Shown here: in pieces, positions 18,662 through 33,711 of the stretch
Numbering within the stretch: position 1 is the stretch's first letter
Layout of the letters: each line of letters opens with the position of its first letter
Assembly: GCF_009914755.1 (NCBI RefSeq)
Contig: NC_060944.1
Origin: the human T2T-CHM13v2.0 reference genome, Homo sapiens
Reading direction: 5' to 3' (one strand)
Length of the DNA stretch: 64,000 nt
Made by a program: the position numbers and the translations under genes
Notes under the pieces: generated by a model
Seen by the model: the letters and a program-made list of their open reading frames with translations, nothing else
Databases searched by the model: none
Told to the model about the DNA's origin: nothing

Positions 18662-19816
18662 TAAGAATGTTTTTTCATCCGTAAAATGGGAATAAGAATA
18701 GTTCCTAAATCACAGGATTGCTGGGAGGATTAAGTGGGATAGCCTATGTTAAACAAATATAATTAAGATAAATGTTACCTATTATTATTAACTGAAAGCA
18801 TTTTTAACAACTTTCTCATGAGAAACAAGCATATGGGAGGTTCATCTTAAAAGAGATTATGCTGTATTTCAGAGGAAAACACTTACCATCTTACTGTTTT
18901 ATCATTTTTAATAGTTTTATTTGAATGACTCATTCCTATTTGCATAACGTAGGCTTTTAACTATTCAAGGAACAAAAGGAAGCTTTATTGTTTATAACCC
19001 ATTAAAATCATTCCTGCAGCTCATTAAGGGAAGGGATTATACCTGTTTTGTTCACCACTATAAGCCTGTTGCCCAGCAGGTGACCAGTATGTATTTGACT
19101 AATTAATTAATTCCTGATTAAATAACAGTTTTGCCAATTAGTCTGGCTGTGAAATATAGCTATCCCATTGTTGAGGCAGGGAATCAGCAATAGAGTTGGA
19201 TTAAACAGGATGGTTAATTATGTTTCTAACTAGTGTTTTCAGACTTTAGCTAAAATTCACTATCAAGTACGTACTTCTTTCCTTGGTGATATTGTGAAAA
19301 TTAGAGAAAGCAGAAGAAATCTGGCAGTAATAGGTGCATCCTTTAATATCTAACCAGTATCACTGCAACTCACCATAACCTTTCTAGTTCATTCCTAGAG
19401 TATTTTAAATACCTTTTATTTAAAATACTGGTGCGGCCAGATGCTGCTCCAGGAGATAGGACACATTTTTATTTAGTGAAGTCTAAATTTATTATATTTA
19501 GAATTTCTTTTCTTCATGAATCAAAAAGAATGTCCCAGGTATTTATATTGTAGTTTATCAATTTTGTGTTTTTATGCATTTCTCTCTCCAAATTTAGAAG
19601 TTTCTTAAAAGCAGTAACTGTGTCCAAAATATTTTTATTCCTTATCAATCCATCATAGTGAATTTCAGAGTGGCCCCTCAATAAACACATGTTGAAATGT
19701 TTGCTAAGTGAGCCTTGTGGCTACTTCCAAATTTTTCTTCTGTAACCTGAAAGCCCAGGACAACAATTTCTATGGCAGTGCTACATTGGGTAATTTTTTC
19801 TTCCTTTCTTTTTAAG

Positions 19817-20006
19817 CATGCTAGGAACTTACTCTGATGAATTTGGGAACCTAGATTTTGAGCGATCCCAGCATGGTTCTGGAATGAGCAACAGGTCAAC
19901 AGCGAAAAGATTTATTTCTGCTCTCAACAACGTTGCTGAAAGAACTTATAATAATATATTTCAATTTCATCAACTTCGGCAGATTGCCAAAGAACTAAAC
20001 ATTCAG
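19817..20006 (+). CDS. MCM8: MCM8 coding exon (about exon 18): MLGTYSDEFG...AKELNIQ
   Basis: tttaag|C and CAG|gtatgt junctions; 190 nt, frame continuous. Confidence 0.96.
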
Positions 20007-20609
20007 GTATGTTAAACTAGTTAATCTCTTTTGTAATAATTTCAGGAGGTCCTTGTTAATATATAGTAGAACAGAAACAGTTTTTACTTATTTAAAATTC
20101 ATACCTGCTTCTTCTCAAAGGTTTTCAGCATCTTGATAGTCAGAGGGAAACATTGTAGTAAGACAGTCTCTATGTTTTTCTGACTGTCTCTTGTGGATAT
20201 GTCATTTTAACATCTTTTAACGTTGCATCCCTCATCTGTTAAATGGACATGATTATACCAATTCCTACTTCAAAGTTCTCGTGAAAATCAATGTAATAGC
20301 ACTTCAAACATGGGCTGTTACACATTATGGAAAATTAACTTCTTAATTTCAAAAGTTAGCTTGATTTTTTTCAGCTAACCTAAAACAAATGTAAAATATT
20401 CTCTGCATATTGGAATTTTTACTTTTTATTTATTTAGGCATTATAGAATCCAGAACTCAAATATAGGCAGTTTGCTCTGTAAGAAATAAAAATAATTTTA
20501 TTTGGCCAAGAAACTTTACAGGTACATATTATTATTTGAGAGATTTATTTTAAAAGTAATATTTTGACATGTTACTTAATGGGCTAAACCTTTTGATGTT
20601 TTCTTCCAG

Positions 20610-20702
20610 GTTGCTGATTTTGAAAATTTTATTGGATCACTAAATGACCAGGGTTACCTCTTGAAAAAAGGCCCAAAAGTTTACCAGCTTCAAACTATGT
20701 AA
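20610..20702 (+). CDS. MCM8: MCM8 last coding exon: VADFENFIGSLNDQGYLLKKGPKVYQLQTM*
   Basis: ttccag|GTT acceptor; TAA at 20700-20702; matches the MCM8 C-terminus as I recall it. Confidence 0.97.
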   Translation, partial: VADFENFIGSLNDQGYLLKKGPKVYQLQTM

Positions 20703-20778
20703 AAGGACTTCACCAAGTTAGGGCCTCCTGGGTTTATTGCAGATTAAAGCCATCTCAGTGAAGATATGCGTGCACGCA

Positions 20779-20788
20779 CAGACAGACA

Positions 20789-20836
<48 letters not shown>
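20779..20836 (+). repeat. (CAGA)3(CA)23 microsatellite in MCM8 3' UTR
   Basis: Direct count. Confidence 0.97.
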
Positions 20837-20838
<2 letters not shown>

Positions 20839-20902
20839 CAAATACTGTTCTCTGAAAAATGATGTCCCAAAAGTATTATAATAGGAAAAAAGCATTAAAT
20901 AT

Positions 20903-22192
20903 AATAAACTAATTTAAGAAGTGATAAAGTCTCCAGATGCAGTAGCTCACACTGTAATCACAGTGACTCAGGAGGCTGAGGTGAGAGGATTCCTTGAGGC
21001 CAGGGTTCGAGACCAACCTTGGGCAACATAGCAAGACCCCATTTCTTAAAAAAAAAAAAAAAAAAATTTAAACTTAGCTGGGTATGGTGGCACATGCCTA
21101 TAGTCTCAGCTACTTGTGAGGCTGAGGCAGGAGGATTCTTTGAGCCCAGGAGTTTGAGGTTACAGTGAGCCACAATCACACCAATCACTGCACTCCAGCC
21201 TGGGCAATAAAGTAACTCTTGACTCAAAAAAATAAAAAAAATTGTAGTGGTAGCCATGTGTTAATTGTTAAATAAATTCTCCAAAGGGCTAAAAGTAAAT
21301 TACTTATAAATTTTTTATAGTTGTATTTTTGACCTGCCTTTTATATGTATGAATATTTCATAGTTTTGCATATCAGATGTAGGCATACAGACAAATACAT
21401 AAACCAATGAATATATTACATATTCTGTGTTCCAATAAAACTTTATTTATGGACACTAAAATTTGAATTTCATAAAATTTTCCCATGTCAAGAATACAAA
21501 ATACTTGAGTTTTGTTTTTAGCTATTTAATAATAGGTCTCATTTATTCCACAGGCTGTAGTTTGTAGTCTTGCTTGAAACAATAGAAACAGACTGATTAA
21601 GCAGGAGAAGTTTTTTGAAAGAATTTTGTTTGGCTCACGGAATTATTAGAAGGCAGGTGAACCAGGAGGGTAAGCTTCCAGCAGCAATTTGTAAAACCAT
21701 GCCTTAGAATTGGACTAAGGAAGAAGCTGCTGACACTCCACTGCCACACAGGGCACTGGAAGAAAGTGCTGCTGCCTCCCTGCCCCACCTTTGCCACTTC
21801 TGCAGCAGGAATAGGTAGAAGAATGCCCCCACCCGCACCGGAACAGCAACAAAAGGATTCTGCATGAGATGCCTCCCTAAATTGCTGAATTCAAAAAAGA
21901 AGTTGCATACAAAGACATCTGATTGAAAAAGGGTATGTTATATGCCCCTTTCATAGGCTGCTAGGGAGTTTTCCTGGTTCTACTTTCAGGTGGTGGGATC
22001 AATAAGACCAGAATTTCTCATATGTTGTGAGAGGATTCAAATGTTACAGGGTTGCCAGCCAAACTATCAATCATGTATAAATCCAACAAACACTTTGTAA
22101 CATACAAGAACTCAGGAAATGTGAACCATTGTTGGAGAATCTACTAAAATACGGCTTCCCGCAAACGAAGATGAATGGAAAATGTAAATAAA
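20903..22192 (+). terminator. Candidate MCM8 polyadenylation signals (AATAAA at 20903, 21271, 21434, 22187)
   Basis: Hexamers seen directly downstream of the stop codon; which are used cannot be told from sequence. Confidence 0.5.
20929..21241 (+). mobile_element. Alu (J-like) in MCM8 3' UTR
   Basis: Consensus. Confidence 0.9.
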
Positions 22193-22312
22193 AAGAACTG
22201 GCAGTGTATATCAGATGTTTAACTATAGGACCAGAACTAAGATGTGGAGACTATTGCCATAGACCACAATGTAAATTTTTAAGTGAGGAAGGAAAAATCA
22301 GGAATCAAAAGG

Positions 22313-22879
<567 letters not shown>

Positions 22880-23408
22880 TTAAAACATTTCACAAAAGTC
22901 AACACATAAATAATATCAACCAAAATAAAGTGGTAGACAGAAGAGAAAATATACTAATTTATTGTTCAAAGAGGAAAATAAGTCTCAAAGGTTAAGGCTA
23001 TTATATAAATTTATTTTTAAAAAGACATAAACCTACATTTTCAGAAGAAGAAGTTCCATGTTTCCTTAGATTATGTATTTAGCATCCATTAATCACAGGG
23101 CCAAACTAACAACAAAAGTTGTTTAGCTTTCCCTTACAATCCAGCTTTTATGGGTGTGCAAACATCACATTACAGTCCCTCCAACCACAAACCCCAACAT
23201 ATAGTATTTCACTTCCTGCCCAATAGTGGGTGTCCCCACACCTTTCAACCACTGTAGCAACAAAGCTCTGGCCTAGGCTTTTCACTTGCTTCTTTACTGC
23301 CTGACTGACTTTGGTGTTTCCTCATGTGGCCTGGTGTGGCATGGCACGCCCTCTTGGGAGATGAAAGTAATCTTCCATAGGCAATTGTTTCTGTGTCACC
23401 ATTGCTGA

Positions 23409-24192
<784 letters not shown>

Positions 24193-24514
24193 TCCTCTCT
24201 TTTCCAATATTGTGTTAAGTAAATTGTATTGGTGGTAATCAACTTGATCATTTCATTTTTAGGATAGAGATATCAAGGTGAGGGTATAACTGAACGAGAA
24301 GAGGAATAAACACCACCCTGTGATTGATGGATCTTTATAGCTCTCCTTTGATAAAGAAGGGAAATATCGTACTTACATTAGCATGTTATAGTTGCTGTTG
24401 TTATACAGAAGAATATTAAACAATATTCATATATTGTTTATGAATGCATTGAATTCATAAACAATGGTATGGATATTGACTAGCCAAAGAGGTGGATAAA
24501 TGTAGATACAATGA

Positions 24515-25034
24515 TACGGTGATTTGGTATTCAGTGTCCATTCTGCTCTCCTAGTGTGCCTTCCTATAATGCAGGGGCTGGAAGGTGAGAAAATAACCAC
24601 ATTTCCCAGACTCCCTTTGCAGGTAGATTTCCAGATGTGAATTGGGTTCCACTGATCAGACACCCATGTGTGAGATTTGGAATGCAGAACTGAGGAGAGA
24701 GCCATCTTCCTCTTGCTTGTGTTCTGGTGGCATGTGTGGTTGAGGAGACATTTAATTTCCCTGCAGCAGAATTCTTGCAGTCAGTTGTTGAGGCAAGTGG
24801 CGTGGTGGATGCAACCCTGATTCTTCACCTTTCTCATTATTGTGGGGTAGCAGCGCCTCTGGCAAGCCAGACAGACCTGCAGTGTTTTTCTGGGAGTTAA
24901 TTCTGGAGACCCAGTATGGAACCCACTCCTAGCCCTTGTGACAATATTGCAAGCATCCAGTTCCCTGTTTTACAGTCCTTTTAAATGTGGCTAGCTACAG
25001 TAGTTTGTGTTTCCTGCAACTAATCACTCATACA
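24515..25034 (+). mobile_element. ERVL-type LTR relic (LTR33-like)
   Basis: gcaggggctggaa...catttcccagactccct...gtgagatttggaa; family from recall. Confidence 0.6.
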
Positions 25035-25434
25035 TCTGTATCTAAAGCACTCCACCTGGGTCATGTACTATACTTAAAATTATAAGGCAATATTAATTCA
25101 CAAAACTACCTACTCGTTTTATTTAACCCTCAGAAGAACTGAAAACAAAAGCTATACCAGGCTTGCTCTAGAGCGTGGGCTTGGGAATGGAAAGGCAGAG
25201 TGCACCTATTGAATTCCATCATCAGTTTTTCTATACCATGGAGTTACTTACCATGTGTATACATAACACTGATTAAAAATTTAAAAAAAAAGGTTAAAAC
25301 AAAAACTGAGCCAGATTCTGACATTTAAATCAGAATTATTCTTAGTACATAGACTTGCAAAGTCACTGAATAATTCCTTGGGACTACAGACTCTTAGTCT
25401 TTGCTTCTAGAAATGTATAGTAATTTCAACATGT

Positions 25435-25810
25435 CATATATATAGAGAGAGTATATATGTGTATATATATACACACACACACACACTATATAGAGTATAT
25501 ATATACACTCCATATACAGTATATATACTAGTGTGTATATATATATACACTAGAGTATACACACTCTAGAGTATACACTCTATAAAGTATATATATTATA
25601 TATACTATATATTATATATACTATATACTCTACAGTATATATATACACTATAGAGTGTATATATATACTATACAGATATGTATAGAGTATATATACTCTA
25701 TATATACACTATAGTCTATATACTCTAGAGAGTACAGTATATATATATAGTGTATATATACTCTATGGAGTGTATATATATTCTCTTTCTCTCCATATAT
25801 ATATATATAG
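25435..25810. repeat. Complex (TA)n-rich low-complexity, quasi-palindromic tract
   Basis: Direct reading. Confidence 0.95.
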
Positions 25811-25962
25811 TAATCAGCTTCCTCAGGTTGAAACATCTAGATATATTGAAAACACTGGATAGTCTGCAAACTCCTCTTCCTTAGAGAATGTATATTATCT
25901 TTAGTATTAAAGTGACTCTTGTAAGTCCTGAGAAACACCTCGGAACACTGCATTCACGTGTT

Positions 25963-26265
25963 TGCTAGGCAGAATAGTACCCACCCTGCAAGACATCACA
26001 TCCTAATGCCCAGAACCTGTGAATGTGTTAGGTTACATAGCAAGGGGAAATTAAGATGGCTAATCAGGTGACCTTAAAATAGGGAGATCATCTTGGATTA
26101 TCTGCATGGGTCCAATATAATTAGAAAGAACCTTTAAAGTGGAAGAGGGAGGCAGAAGAGAGCCAGAGGAAGATGTGACTACAGAAGAAGGCACGGATGC
26201 AGCATTGCTGGCTTTGCAGATGAGGGAAGGAGGCCTTCAGCCAAGGACTGTGGGTGGCTCTAGAA
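25963..26265 (+). mobile_element. MaLR LTR fragment (MLT1D-like)
   Basis: ggcagaata...cctaat..cagaacctgtgaatgtgtta...gaccttaaaatagggagat. Confidence 0.75.
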
Positions 26266-26303
26266 TCTTTTTTTACATCTCAGTATGTATGCCACAGTTA
26301 AGG

Positions 26304-27000
<697 letters not shown>

Positions 27001-27378
27001 TACCCAAAATATAAACAGGGACTATGAGGTATGTACAGGAAATTAATAGCTGAAGAATATTTTACCATGTTCAAAAACTAAATTCTTCATGTGGCTGAGA
27101 GAAGAAAGAAAAAAATGGTATGTTTGTGTTCCATTTGCAGGTATTACATAAACCCATTTTAAATGAACTAAAATGCCTAGGATTTGGGGGGGAAAAATTA
27201 TCTTGTGCTCGCATTTGAAGGTTCTTCTCAGAAATAAACTGTTTAAAGAGACCACAGTACTGGTTTAATTTTTTTTCTGCAGGACCAGAGGGAAACAGGT
27301 GGTTTACCATTTTTGGAAACTCTGTCACATGATCTGAATAGAAAGGATAGTTGGATGTAACGTTAAAGCTTTCTGAAC

Positions 27379-27710
27379 CAGCAATCCCCAACCTTTTTGG
27401 CAACAGGGACTGGTTTCAAGGAAGACAGTTTTCCACGGACCTGGATGGGGGAATGTTTCGGGATGAAACTTCCACCTCAAGTCATCATTAGTTAGATTCT
27501 CATAAGGAACGCACAACTTAGATTCTTCGCATGTGCAGTTCACAGTAGGGTTCACCCTCCCATGAGAATCGAATGCGCTGCTGACCTGGCAGGAAGCAGA
27601 GCTCAGGTGGTGATGCTCGCTTGCCTGCCGCTCGCCTCCTGCTGTGTGGCCTGGTTCCTAACAGGCCATGGATTGGTACTGGTCCACAGCCCAGGGGTTG
27701 GGGACCCCTG
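27379..27710 (+). mobile_element. MER1B hAT-Charlie DNA transposon MITE
   Basis: TIRs cagcaatccccaacc / ggttggggacccctg; internal ttagattctcataagga. Confidence 0.88.
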
Positions 27711-28042
27711 TAACAAAAGGAAAACAAGATTCTTAAATCTTTACAGGAAGGAGGAATGGAATGGAAAATAAAGCTAGTTGTACACTAAATGATGTTAACA
27801 ATCCCTTTATCACCTTTAAAATATGAGCAGAGAGGAAAGAAATATTAAAACCAACCCTTTTTACTTTCTTATTTGTAGATAATGCCTGCCTTACGAGAAT
27901 GTTATTTATTTTAAAGGTTCCAAAACAACCATATAAAAACTTAGTAATGACTTAATTGTTCACATATTCTAGTGACATCAGTACATTTTCAGGAAGAAAT
28001 GTGGAAAGGTTGGCACTAGAAGTTGACATAAGAATTAGTTTA

Positions 28043-28373
28043 GCCAGGTGCAGTGGCACATGCCTGTAGTCCCAGCTACACAGGAGGCTGAGGCAGGAGG
28101 ATTGCTTGAAGCCAGGAATTCTGGGCTATTATAGTGTGCTATGCTGACTGGGTGTCCACACTAAGTTCGGCATCAACATGTTGATCTGGGAGTGGTGGAC
28201 CACCAGGTTTCCTAAGGAGGGATGAACCTGCCCAGGCCAGAAATGGAGCAGGTCAAAATTCCCGTCCTGGTCAGTAGTGGGATCGCCCCGTGAAAAGCCA
28301 CGGCATTCTAGCCTGGGCAACATAGTAAGACCCTGTCTCTTACATAAAAAATAAAATAACAAAAATGAAAAGG
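28043..28373 (+). pseudogene. Full-length 7SL (SRP RNA) processed pseudogene
   Basis: Alu-domain ends plus S-domain sequence (cactaagttcggcatcaa, taaggaggg, ggagcaggtcaaaa), A-rich tail, TSD agaattagtttag at 28031-28043 and 28374-28386. Confidence 0.93.
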
Positions 28374-28695
28374 AGAATTAGTTTAGATCTCTTGATAATT
28401 TAAACAGTAATCTAAATTATAGAGTTTAGGTGGAGTTAATCTCTGCAAGTCCTGAGGAGCTATGCCCAAGGTGCTTGGCCCTACCAGCAATGCACTCTTG
28501 CTTACATGTGTTTCAAATCTTAAATCCCATCATTTAGTTTTTTCCTATTTAGGCTGTGGGACGGTGCGTTTATTACAATGATTGAAACCTGTGCCTTATT
28601 TGGATTACTGGTTATTCAAAACACATCTTTGGGTTTAGTGCCTGGTAATTACAGCTTACTCCTGTAAGATTTAACTGTCATTGATTCCTAGAGAA

Positions 28696-29042
28696 TTTTT
28701 TTTGAGACAAGGCCTCGGTGGGTCACCCAGGCTGGATGGAGTGCAGGGGCACAATCTCGGCTCACTGCAACTTCTGCCTCCCTGGGCTCAAGCGATCTTC
28801 CCACTTCAGCCTCCTGAGTAGCTGGTACCACAGGCACCCACCATCATGCCCAGGTTTATTTTTGTATTTTTGGTAGAGATGGCGGGCGGGGGGAGCCGGG
28901 GGGTACGGTGTGCGGGGCAGGGGGGTGGGGGGGGGTGGTCCTCACAGTGCCCAGGCTGGTTTCGAACTCCTGAGTTCAAGCAGTCCACCCACCTCGGCCT
29001 CCCAAAGTGCTGGGATTACAGGTATCAGCCACCATATCCAGC
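28696..29042 (-). mobile_element. Alu with an internal G-rich expansion
   Basis: Consensus arms flank a ~58-bp G-run tract. Confidence 0.9.
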
Positions 29043-29317
29043 TGTTTTAATTTGATTTAACTTCCAATCAATATTTACATAAGACTCATTTGCAAAACTA
29101 CCTTCTTTACATTATCTTCTTCTGGTTTTAGGAAACAAAAAGTAGCCCAAGTTTATTGTGTCCTAGACTAAATAACACAAGTAACACTACATTACACTGC
29201 ATATCTGATATAAGAACGCAGTACACATATTTCTAGACTTTGTTCATTTATCCCCAGGCAGAAAATATTCATAATAGATTTGGAATAAGATTTTCTTCTC
29301 AAAAAGCTTAAACTTCA

Positions 29318-29698
<381 letters not shown>

Positions 29699-32059
29699 GA
29701 AAGCCTAAAAACAGGTTCCAAGAAGTTGTAGCAAAGAGGTAATTTGTTCCAATATACAGCACAGTCATACACAGCACTTTGCAACTTAACCAAGGAAAAC
29801 ATTAAAAGTGGCAAGACAATACTACCCTCTAGGGGCAAAATTTTTATGTTCACAACTCAGCAAAGGATCAATGAAAGGATGAACTAAACAGTTAATAACA
29901 GGCCAGTTATTCAAGATTGAACAATCCTTTCTCTTTTCACGTTCTCTTGGGGTAAGCACTACATGATTGACTACAGAAGTTGGGATAAGACACCTGACCA
30001 GTACATTTTGGTTACTTATGAAAATAATTCTGATACAAGGGTGGAGAGAGAAAAATTTGAAATGAACTTCATGAAACGTAGAATTTATATATAGATTTTT
30101 ATTTATATTTTTATTACAGACTTACTATTCTAATTTTTTCCCCATTTGGGAAAAAAGTTCAGTGACAGATATTCCCAGTCCCTTCAGACATATGAGGTGC
30201 CTGTGTGTTTAATCTACTTGGATAGAAATTATTACAGAATTCATAAAACAGGAAATGAACATTATAAACCAGTTACTAACTGTAGAATATTTTGGTTTCC
30301 TCTGCCCCCTGCCCTGCTCTAAACTCTACTTCACTGGGTTTCTGCATTTTCTCCATCCTTTATCCCAGATTAACCTGTTCATTTATTGACTTCTGTCAAG
30401 TTCTAGAAAATGAGATCAAAGACTGATAGCTGGATGTTCTCCCGTCTTAAAATGTTAGGGAAACAGTTTGTTAAAAGCATGTTACTCTTTAGTCATAAGT
30501 ATTGAGCAGTCATTGTCTTTCAGGCCAAAATGCCAGCCACTTTATTTTCCTACTTTTTAAAGACAATTAGCCATCAGCAGTTTGTAGTAGAGCTGGCTTT
30601 TTAAATACAAAACAGTTTATTATATTTTAATTGGCGGACTCTATTGTATCTTGGAGTTTTTTTCTCTAATTTTATATTGAAGTGAAAAATAGGAAGAACA
30701 TAAAATTTGCTACATAGATAATTTTGGGGATGTTCTATTTTAAACATTGATAACAGTATAATTCCATATTTTGAAATATACAAAAAATATATACAACTAA
30801 AATGGTATCTAAAACAGAAACCTATGAATGCTAGCTCCAAACAATAAGGCAAATAAGTGAAGAGCTCAGGTAATGGTGTTATTCTTGAGGGCACAAAGCC
30901 TGGATAAAACTAGATTACCATAAATAGTAGTACGGAAGTTGAAGAAATCAACACAGTAACTAGAATTAATTTAGAAAAAATTAATAAAAGGTTGGACAAA
31001 TACCATAAGTAATAGAAATAAAACCTATCAGAGCAACAAAGGGAAAAAACACAAAAACAAGTTTGTGTCCTCAGTGCCAAGGATTAGAGGCAGATGAAGT
31101 ACAGGCTGAATATAGGGAATAGAAAGAAGTCCCAAGACACAATGAGTGTCTTAGGAAGCGGAGAGTGAATAAAGGCAATCTCATGAAAGGAAGGGAGAGA
31201 CTGGAATCCTGCCCACTCCCTCTTGCCAGGGTTATCCAGAATTAATGTTTACCTATGAGAACTGTGTTTTTAAATAGTTTTTAAATTTTTTAAAATTTTT
31301 ACATTGCTGTTGCAGAAGTTTCCATTTTTCTCTCAATGTCAGGATTTCAATGTAAGAAATAGATTTTTTTTGGATAAATACCCGCTGCTTCATCTACAAT
31401 GTTGCTCACTTTCAGTTGGCCTTTCCCTTTCCTAACTACCCGAATTAAGACTTTAAACTCAACTGTAAGGTAGTTCAGCCATCATAGATGGGGTTAGTGG
31501 GGCGATAGTGGAGAGGCGGCAATAATCATTCAAATTCAGTTCAACACTGAATTCAACAAGAAAAAATTCTGTAACATTGCAAATATTGATGTATCAATAT
31601 GTTTAGTATACTAATCTGAATATATTAATCAGCTAATTAATGGTGAGCTGATTCATAACTGTCTCGGATATTATAGGCAAGTTTCTTAACCTCTCTAAAC
31701 CTAAGTTTCCTTATCTGTAAAAGTAATAATGGAACCCTCATCTTGCAGTCGTTGGGAGGATTAAACGGGATGATGCACTATAGCCTGGTTATATAGTATA
31801 ATTGAAACTTTTGTACTAGCAATGTAAAAATTTAAAATAAAAACTATTTAAAAAGACAATTCTCATAGGTAAACATTGATTCTGGATAATATAGTATTAC
31901 TGTTTTCAGCAAAACAATCAGCCATTGCTATTACTAACATTTACTAATGCTTATATTTTTAGCATATGCATCTTTATTCAATGCTCAAAGAGGAGAGAAT
32001 TACAGAGCCAATATTTATTAATCATTTCTTCTGCACTAGATACTGTAAACCACCCACAA

Positions 32060-33060
32060 GAACCGTAGGGCGCCGCACGCACCTTGGAGGGGGCCCTTCT
32101 GCCGGCCACCCGCCTCAGAGGGTTTCAGGCCAGGGCCTGAGGTGGCTCCGGCCCCCTCGCGGCTACGTCGGCTGCGCGGTCATCCTATCTTGTTCGTTTC
32201 TCCCCTTTCCCCGCCCACCCCCGGGCCTTGGCTCCCGGCTGCGGGCCAGGAGAAGAGAGCGCCGCGTACCCGCTGCTTCCCAAAACCCACTGAGCCTGAT
32301 GCGCGCGCCTCCGCTGTGCCAGGGGCGCCGGGAAGCCCGACGACGACGGTGTCGTAAAAGCGTCGCGAAGGCGTCCGCCCTTGGCGGCTTCCTGCCACCT
32401 GTATAAGTGGAGCGTGCTGGGGTGTGTAAAGTAGTATGGAGGCAGCGGTAGCCCAGTGTCTGAGTGGTTGCCGGGTCTCCATGGAGAAGCGGCTCGCCAG
32501 TGTCCCAGGCTGCTGAGCTCTCGCCGCCCGAGACCCCGCGGCGCGGCCGCAGGGCCATGCTAGCCTTGCGCGTGGCGCGCGGCTCGTGGGGGGCCCTGCG
32601 CGGCGCCGCTTGGGCTCCGGGAACGCGGCCGAGTAAGCGACGCGCCTGCTGGGCCCTGCTGCCGCCCGTGCCCTGCTGCTTGGGCTGCCTGGCCGAACGC
32701 TGGAGGCTGCGTCCGGCCGCTCTTGGCTTGCGGCTGCCCGGGATCGGCCAGCGGAACCACTGTTCGGGCGCGGGGAAGGCGGCTCCCAGGCCAGCGGCCG
32801 GAGCGGGCGCCGCTGCCGAAGCCCCGGGCGGCCAGTGGGGCCCGGCGAGCACCCCCAGCCTGGTACGTACCGATGAGGCGGCGGCGGGCCGGCCCTGGGC
32901 TGGGGTCGCCGCCCCTGCACTCAGGTAACAAGCTCTGGGTGGTGCAGCTCGGACGCTTCCGTTTCCTAACTTTTAGACTCTTCCCTGAAAAGAAGTTACT
33001 GGCAGGTCATTCGGTCGGGATGAATTTCAGGGTCACCAGCGGGGTCCACCTACGGTCTCT
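32060..33060. promoter_or_regulatory. CpG island / CRLS1 (bidirectional) promoter
   Basis: Sharp rise in GC and CpG density. GC box CCCCGCCCA at 32209, NRF1-like TGCGCGCGC near 32300, TCGCGA core near 32363, ETS-type GGAA cores, TATA-like TATAAG at 32402. Confidence 0.92.
32557..32862 (+). CDS. CRLS1: CRLS1 exon 1 coding part (102 aa; Arg/Ala/Leu-rich mitochondrial presequence-like N-terminus)
   Basis: gccATG start; [16 protein letters not shown]...STPSL; CTG|gtacgt donor. Confidence 0.96.
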
Positions 33061-33711
33061 GTGGTCAAGTTAGAAATCCTCTCATCCCCCTTCTATCTGC
33101 ACCCGTTGCTGGAAGGGCCGCCTCTGCATATTGCATTGATAAAGGTAGCCTTCGCTTGTCTTACTAAAAGCCTATTTTTAATTCTTTTGAAGTGAATCCC
33201 CAGTGTTTAGGGCAAGTCTTTGGGAATATTTAGAAAGGTATACAGGCCCTTCTGTTTGCTTGTGCAAGTTCCGTTCACCATCATTTGACCTTTGGTAACC
33301 TTACACATTATAGGATGAAGGTAATTAAATAATTTAGGTCGTAATTAAAAGATCTTTTAACCTTTAATTATAGAAAAAGATTTAAACTATTCTTGAGGTA
33401 ACGGAGGGAAGTATTTGTCCACTTACCTGTTGATATGCTACCCAGACAGAAGACACCCGAGCATGAGTGTGGGAGAGCTTTTGATGTCATGTTAGCAAGA
33501 CTCATGCAATTATTACATCTTCAATTGTTATGTCTTCAGTGGCCCCTGTACTGCTTTCATCAGTTGTACAGCATGGGTTGAGGTGGCCAGATCCTGGCAG
33601 GGGTCTCAACTCCACTGATAGCTAAAGCATGTTGGGGTTTGAATGCTGGATACTTTGAAGTTGCCATATCCTGACTGAAGTCCTTCCCAGAACGGCAGTA
33701 GTTGGTCGAGT

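Noticed and set aside
32163-32931. Long antisense ORFs (229, 246, 123 aa) over CRLS1 exon 1
   Set aside because: Expected from stop-codon scarcity in a GC-rich island; low-complexity Ala/Arg/Pro/Gly content and no recognisable domain
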